Shown: positions 17,137 through 20,611 of the stretch, in pieces
How the letters are laid out: each line of letters starts with the position of its first letter
How positions within the stretch are numbered: the stretch's first letter is position 1
DNA from: Polyangia bacterium
Lineage (GTDB): Bacteria; Myxococcota_A; Polyangia; JAAYKL01
NCBI GenBank assembly: GCA_050287845.1
Contig: JBNKCR010000061.1
Span: 1-20,611 of the forward strand
DNA length: 20,611 nucleotides
Direction of reading: 5' to 3'
Translations under genes and position numbers: made by a program
The notes under the pieces: generated by a model
What the model was told of the DNA's origin: nothing
Seen by the model: the letters and a program-made list of their open reading frames with translations, nothing else
The model's database searches: none

Positions 17137-20100
17137 AGTCCGACTGATCATGGATTTGCCATCCCAGGGTATCTGGTGGAGAGATCTTGGTGGCGCGAGA
17201 CTGGAAAATCTGACCCCCGGCTCATTTTCAGAAGTATCCTTCCTGCTCACACCAGATGTATCCACCGCACTCAGCGGGATATATACGGACCTCAGATTTG
17301 TCGTAGCGATCAATGGTCCCACGATGAGTGCACCAGTGCTGGTCGATCACTTACAGTTTGAAGGCACTGACGTATCTGTGGATACCGACGTGACCGCGAT
17401 ACCATTCTCATTTAATTTGCCGAAATCAGTTACATTGCAAAGCGTGGTTGTGCAAACTAACGAATCTCTGCATCTTGCCAATGTGGTTCATGCTGCCAAT
17501 ACAACCGCAAATGTGATAAACATGGGCGGTGGAGATACGTATATCGGTGTCGATGCCGAAATTGATGGAAACGTATATGGAGGGGGCAAAGCCGTCCTTG
17601 ATCACGGTGCCAAGGTGCACGGTGCAGTACAGGCGGGAGGCATAATCGATGCAAAAAGTGGCGCTGTTGCCGACGAAGGAACGCTGGCGAATACTTCTCT
17701 GGTTGTAGGCGCACAGTATCAATGGAATGCCAGCTGGCCAGTGGTGAATGGCGTGCATACAGTCAACGATGGTGAATCTCTGAATCTGGCGCCAGGAAAC
17801 TACACCAGTGTTACACTGAACTCACGGGGGGTGTTGAACCTGTCAGCGGGAATCTATTTCATCGACAACTTCGTCGCTCACGCTGATACAACCATGAATA
17901 TTAACGGAGACGGATCACCGGTAATCATTTATGTCCGCGATTCATTCACCTGCCGTTCTCTCCTGAACCACAGCCGGAGCAGTGCGGATTTCTTTGTGGG
18001 ATTTGCTGGAACAAACCCCGTAGATTTAGATGGTCCCTTTGCCGGGACAGTTGTTGCGCCCAATGCCACAATTCGGTTGGCGCCACTGAACGGTGGTAGT
18101 CATGAAGGCTCTTTTTTTGCAAAAAGCATCTGGGCAGAGGCGAACACACCTATTGTACGAGTTCCATTTGACCACTGGGACTGGCTGATGCCCCCAACAG
18201 TTTCGGTAGACTGTGTATCCCGGGCAACCAAACAGCATTCTGCAGGCCTGTTCAGCTATTACAACCCACTGGATTATCCAGTCACTATTCTTCGGGGCCT
18301 GCGCAACGATATTCAAACATCGATTGAGCGTCATTCACCTCTGCAATACTTCGAGCCCGGGCCGCACGAGAAGTTCTATTGGTTACCCTTTGTCGGCCCC
18401 GAACTATGCTGGACCATTGATGGAGCAACTGTATGCGCCGATTCAAGCACAAGAGGTTGCACGCTGGGTGATTATGAGAACACCCTGGTGAAGAATGATA
18501 TTTGGCCATTGTCATACTCGGACAACTATCCCTACCTCAAAGACTTGATTGCACCGGATGCGGACTGGGAATACGTAACAAACAGCAGTTCAGACCTCGA
18601 TTTGGTGGAACCGGAGGAGACAGACTTTTCTGACGGCTGGATGATAGCGGTAGATGACTATGTGGCTGGTGACGGTTGGTGGGATGATATTGATATGGAG
18701 TTTGTTCTTGATGGTGAGAGCATAACCAAAGACATGTGTGAGAAGCCTTGTGACATCTGCGCAGGAGCGTGCGTTCACCCGTGGGCAGTCACCTTCTCTT
18801 TTCAGGGGAAAGAGTACACCGACAATATACCTTTTTCACTATACATAATTGAACGAGAAGATAACGAAATTGGAGACGATTATAACAAATTGGCAGCGTC
18901 TTATGAGTTGTCTCCAGATGGTCAAACGCTGTATGATGGCAATACGGCATACAATTGGAGTAACGGCGGCACCATCTCAGCTGGTGGCTGGGCGGTCAGT
19001 TTTGACGTGATACCCTCCGATACCAGAATCTGTGTCAACTGGGAGATTCAATATGCGGGCGATATTGGAGAGGATGACCTTGCGGATACAGATATTCAAT
19101 CTGTACCCGCAAGTTTCGCATATGTAAAATTGAGAATTGACGGAGAAAAGGCATCCTTTTCAGATTGGAGTGGCTATTATCCGCTGGATAAAGATGGCTG
19201 TATTCCAGAAAAATATACGCCAACCAGAGCAAATCTAACCCCTGACGATTCAAACACACCCGTGACAGTTCACCTGGACATCGCTGGTAGACTGGAGTAT
19301 CTGGATGAAAATGGCTCAGGGACGAATACAAAGTGGGACGTTACGGACGAAAGCAGTCAGGTATTCATTATCCACAAGGAGATAAATGCGGAAGATATTA
19401 TCAGCAACGGTGGTATTATCCCGGTGAGAAACCGTAATGAAGAACCATACAACAATGAGTACACGAAGGCAGCGGCTGTTGTCAGTCATATTTTCAGGAA
19501 TGAAGCGAGTGGGAGAGACATGGGAATCCTCGAAACCGATTTGAGAATCAAAGCCAATTATTCATCAAACGATTTTCCCTTTTACGACACTTTAGGGACG
19601 GTACTGTTGAGGCCGGATGGTGCGGGCGGCCGTGGCAGTAAAACGATACCATTCGGGGATGCATCACGCAAATTTTCTGTAGCCCATGAGATCGGTCATG
19701 CTGTACAGGATAGCTATGTATCCAGCTTCAATGTAACCGGTCCCAGTTTTTATGAGGTAGGCCTGAGAGACACCGATGGCGATTTTCATGTATATTATGA
19801 GTCTGATACCGATACCGATAATGAAATATATAAAGATATATGGGGAGTTGACGAATGTCTGTGTCACGTTGAAAAAGATCATTCCAATAAACATTGCATG
19901 CAGTCCCTGGAAATGCCGAATGTGGGAATAGGGGAAGGTTTTGCCAATTTTTATTCGAGCATGGTATGGAATGATCCCGATGATAACGACTGCAAGTATG
20001 GATATCCCAAAGCGATGTATGTGCCCAGCTGCCCGGAAAACTCGGTGGATTGTCAGACAGACGACTGTACAGATACAGATGTGTCCACCCGATGCTATGA

Positions 20101-20581
20101 TGCGCAACAGGTACTTGACGACACAGATTCGAATGTGCTGGATTACATGAACGATTTCCCCACCGATCCCGAGGATGGCTGGAAAATATCCATAGGACTG
20201 ACCGCGGTGGAGTGCAATATTAATAGCAGCGGCGCCCAGAGGCAATGGCAGACATGGCGCAACGAGCATTGCCTGGATGCAAACGCCACCGAGGATTTGA
20301 AGCAATTGGGAGTTGAAATGGACTGGACGCATTTTTATTCTGAACTGTACAGAACCAGCGACACCGATGAACGCTGGTCCATGAGAGACATGATGCGAGT
20401 ACTCGAAACCGCCGACGCCGACACAGACACCGACAACATCGCCGGCAGCGCCAAGCTCGTGACATATGAAATGATGCTGGATGAGGCGCAGGTGGATACG
20501 GAATTGAGTAACGACCAGAAGACCGCATTTGAACGATTAGGACGAAATGCTGGCGTAAGCAAAGGATCGGCAACACCATGA
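17039..20581 (+). CDS. Large acidic, Cys-rich secreted protein: beta-helix (choice-of-anchor A / ice-binding-like) region, small beta-rich domains and a C-terminal gluzincin-type zinc metallopeptidase domain; N-terminus disrupted (possible pseudogene)
   Basis: 1180-codon ORF. Beta-helix-like segment ~17450-18170 (GNVYGGG, LAPGNY, PVIIYV, FAGTVVAPNATI, GSFFAKSI). VAHEIGH (HExxH at 19685-19699) plus GEGFANF (19931-19951). Many Cys pairs and DTD motifs. No signal peptide or clear ribosome-binding site in this frame. Confidence 0.75.
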   Translation: MKMPLSTIVQSGMAIGEAAAIDVMLPEAAGWGEVRLIMDLPSQGIWWRDLGGARLENLTPGSFSEVSFLLTPDVSTALSGIYTDLRFVVAINGPTMSAPVLVDHLQFEGTDVSVDTDVTAIPFSFNLPKSVTLQSVVVQTNESLHLANVVHAANTTANVINMGGGDTYIGVDAEIDGNVYGGGKAVLDHGAKVHGAVQAGGIIDAKSGAVADEGTLANTSLVVGAQYQWNASWPVVNGVHTVNDGESLNLAPGNYTSVTLNSRGVLNLSAGIYFIDNFVAHADTTMNINGDGSPVIIYVRDSFTCRSLLNHSRSSADFFVGFAGTNPVDLDGPFAGTVVAPNATIRLAPLNGGSHEGSFFAKSIWAEANTPIVRVPFDHWDWLMPPTVSVDCVSRATKQHSAGLFSYYNPLDYPVTILRGLRNDIQTSIERHSPLQYFEPGPHEKFYWLPFVGPELCWTIDGATVCADSSTRGCTLGDYENTLVKNDIWPLSYSDNYPYLKDLIAPDADWEYVTNSSSDLDLVEPEETDFSDGWMIAVDDYVAGDGWWDDIDMEFVLDGESITKDMCEKPCDICAGACVHPWAVTFSFQGKEYTDNIPFSLYIIEREDNEIGDDYNKLAASYELSPDGQTLYDGNTAYNWSNGGTISAGGWAVSFDVIPSDTRICVNWEIQYAGDIGEDDLADTDIQSVPASFAYVKLRIDGEKASFSDWSGYYPLDKDGCIPEKYTPTRANLTPDDSNTPVTVHLDIAGRLEYLDENGSGTNTKWDVTDESSQVFIIHKEINAEDIISNGGIIPVRNRNEEPYNNEYTKAAAVVSHIFRNEASGRDMGILETDLRIKANYSSNDFPFYDTLGTVLLRPDGAGGRGSKTIPFGDASRKFSVAHEIGHAVQDSYVSSFNVTGPSFYEVGLRDTDGDFHVYYESDTDTDNEIYKDIWGVDECLCHVEKDHSNKHCMQSLEMPNVGIGEGFANFYSSMVWNDPDDNDCKYGYPKAMYVPSCPENSVDCQTDDCTDTDVSTRCYDAQQVLDDTDSNVLDYMNDFPTDPEDGWKISIGLTAVECNINSSGAQRQWQTWRNEHCLDANATEDLKQLGVEMDWTHFYSELYRTSDTDERWSMRDMMRVLETADADTDTDNIAGSAKLVTYEMMLDEAQVDTELSNDQKTAFERLGRNAGVSKGSATP

Positions 20582-20611
20582 AGTTATTCTTACCAGCCCT
20601 GTTCATAGGAC
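20578..20611 (+). CDS. 5' end of the next gene (MKLFLPALFIG..., signal-peptide-like), truncated by the window
   Basis: ATGA overlap with the stop of the large ORF, AAAGGA upstream, and a Lys followed by a hydrophobic run. Only 11 codons are visible. Confidence 0.5.
   Translation, partial: MKLFLPALFIG

Noticed and set aside
1794..18987. E. coli Chi octamers GCTGGTGG (minus strand 1794 and 2985; plus strand 16375 and 18980)
   Set aside because: All are within coding sequence, explainable by common codons, and in mixed orientation. Chi is lineage-specific and this RecC diverges in the relevant residues.
19800..20436. Short GATACC/GACACA repeats as DNA-level elements
   Set aside because: They simply encode Asp-Thr dipeptide runs in the acidic protein.

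Overview
Bacterial chromosomal window. The gene content (FHA-sigma54 activator, SMUG1, acidic DTD-rich secreted protein) suggests Deltaproteobacteria/Myxococcota, which is inference only. Left to right: (1) a tandem array of ~65-66 bp GTAG-type REP-like palindromic units; (2) a soluble chemoreceptor with a sugar-binding-protein-like domain, PAS domain(s) and an MCP signalling domain; (3) a tightly packed minus-strand smug1-recC-recB-recD operon; (4) a divergent small DUF3820/YpeB-like gene and mscS; (5) a more AT-rich module in which an FHA-AAA+ sigma54-type activator is transcribed divergently from a candidate enhancer array, a candidate sigma54 promoter, a single-domain response regulator and a very large secreted beta-helix/zinc-metallopeptidase protein whose lipoprotein signal peptide lies in a different reading frame from its body, followed by the first codons of another gene. 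The most interesting candidates are the SMUG1-RecBCD coupling (with a RecC lacking typical Chi-channel residues) and the FHA-activator/split lipoprotein-protease module. All calls come from motif recognition by eye; no database searches were run.
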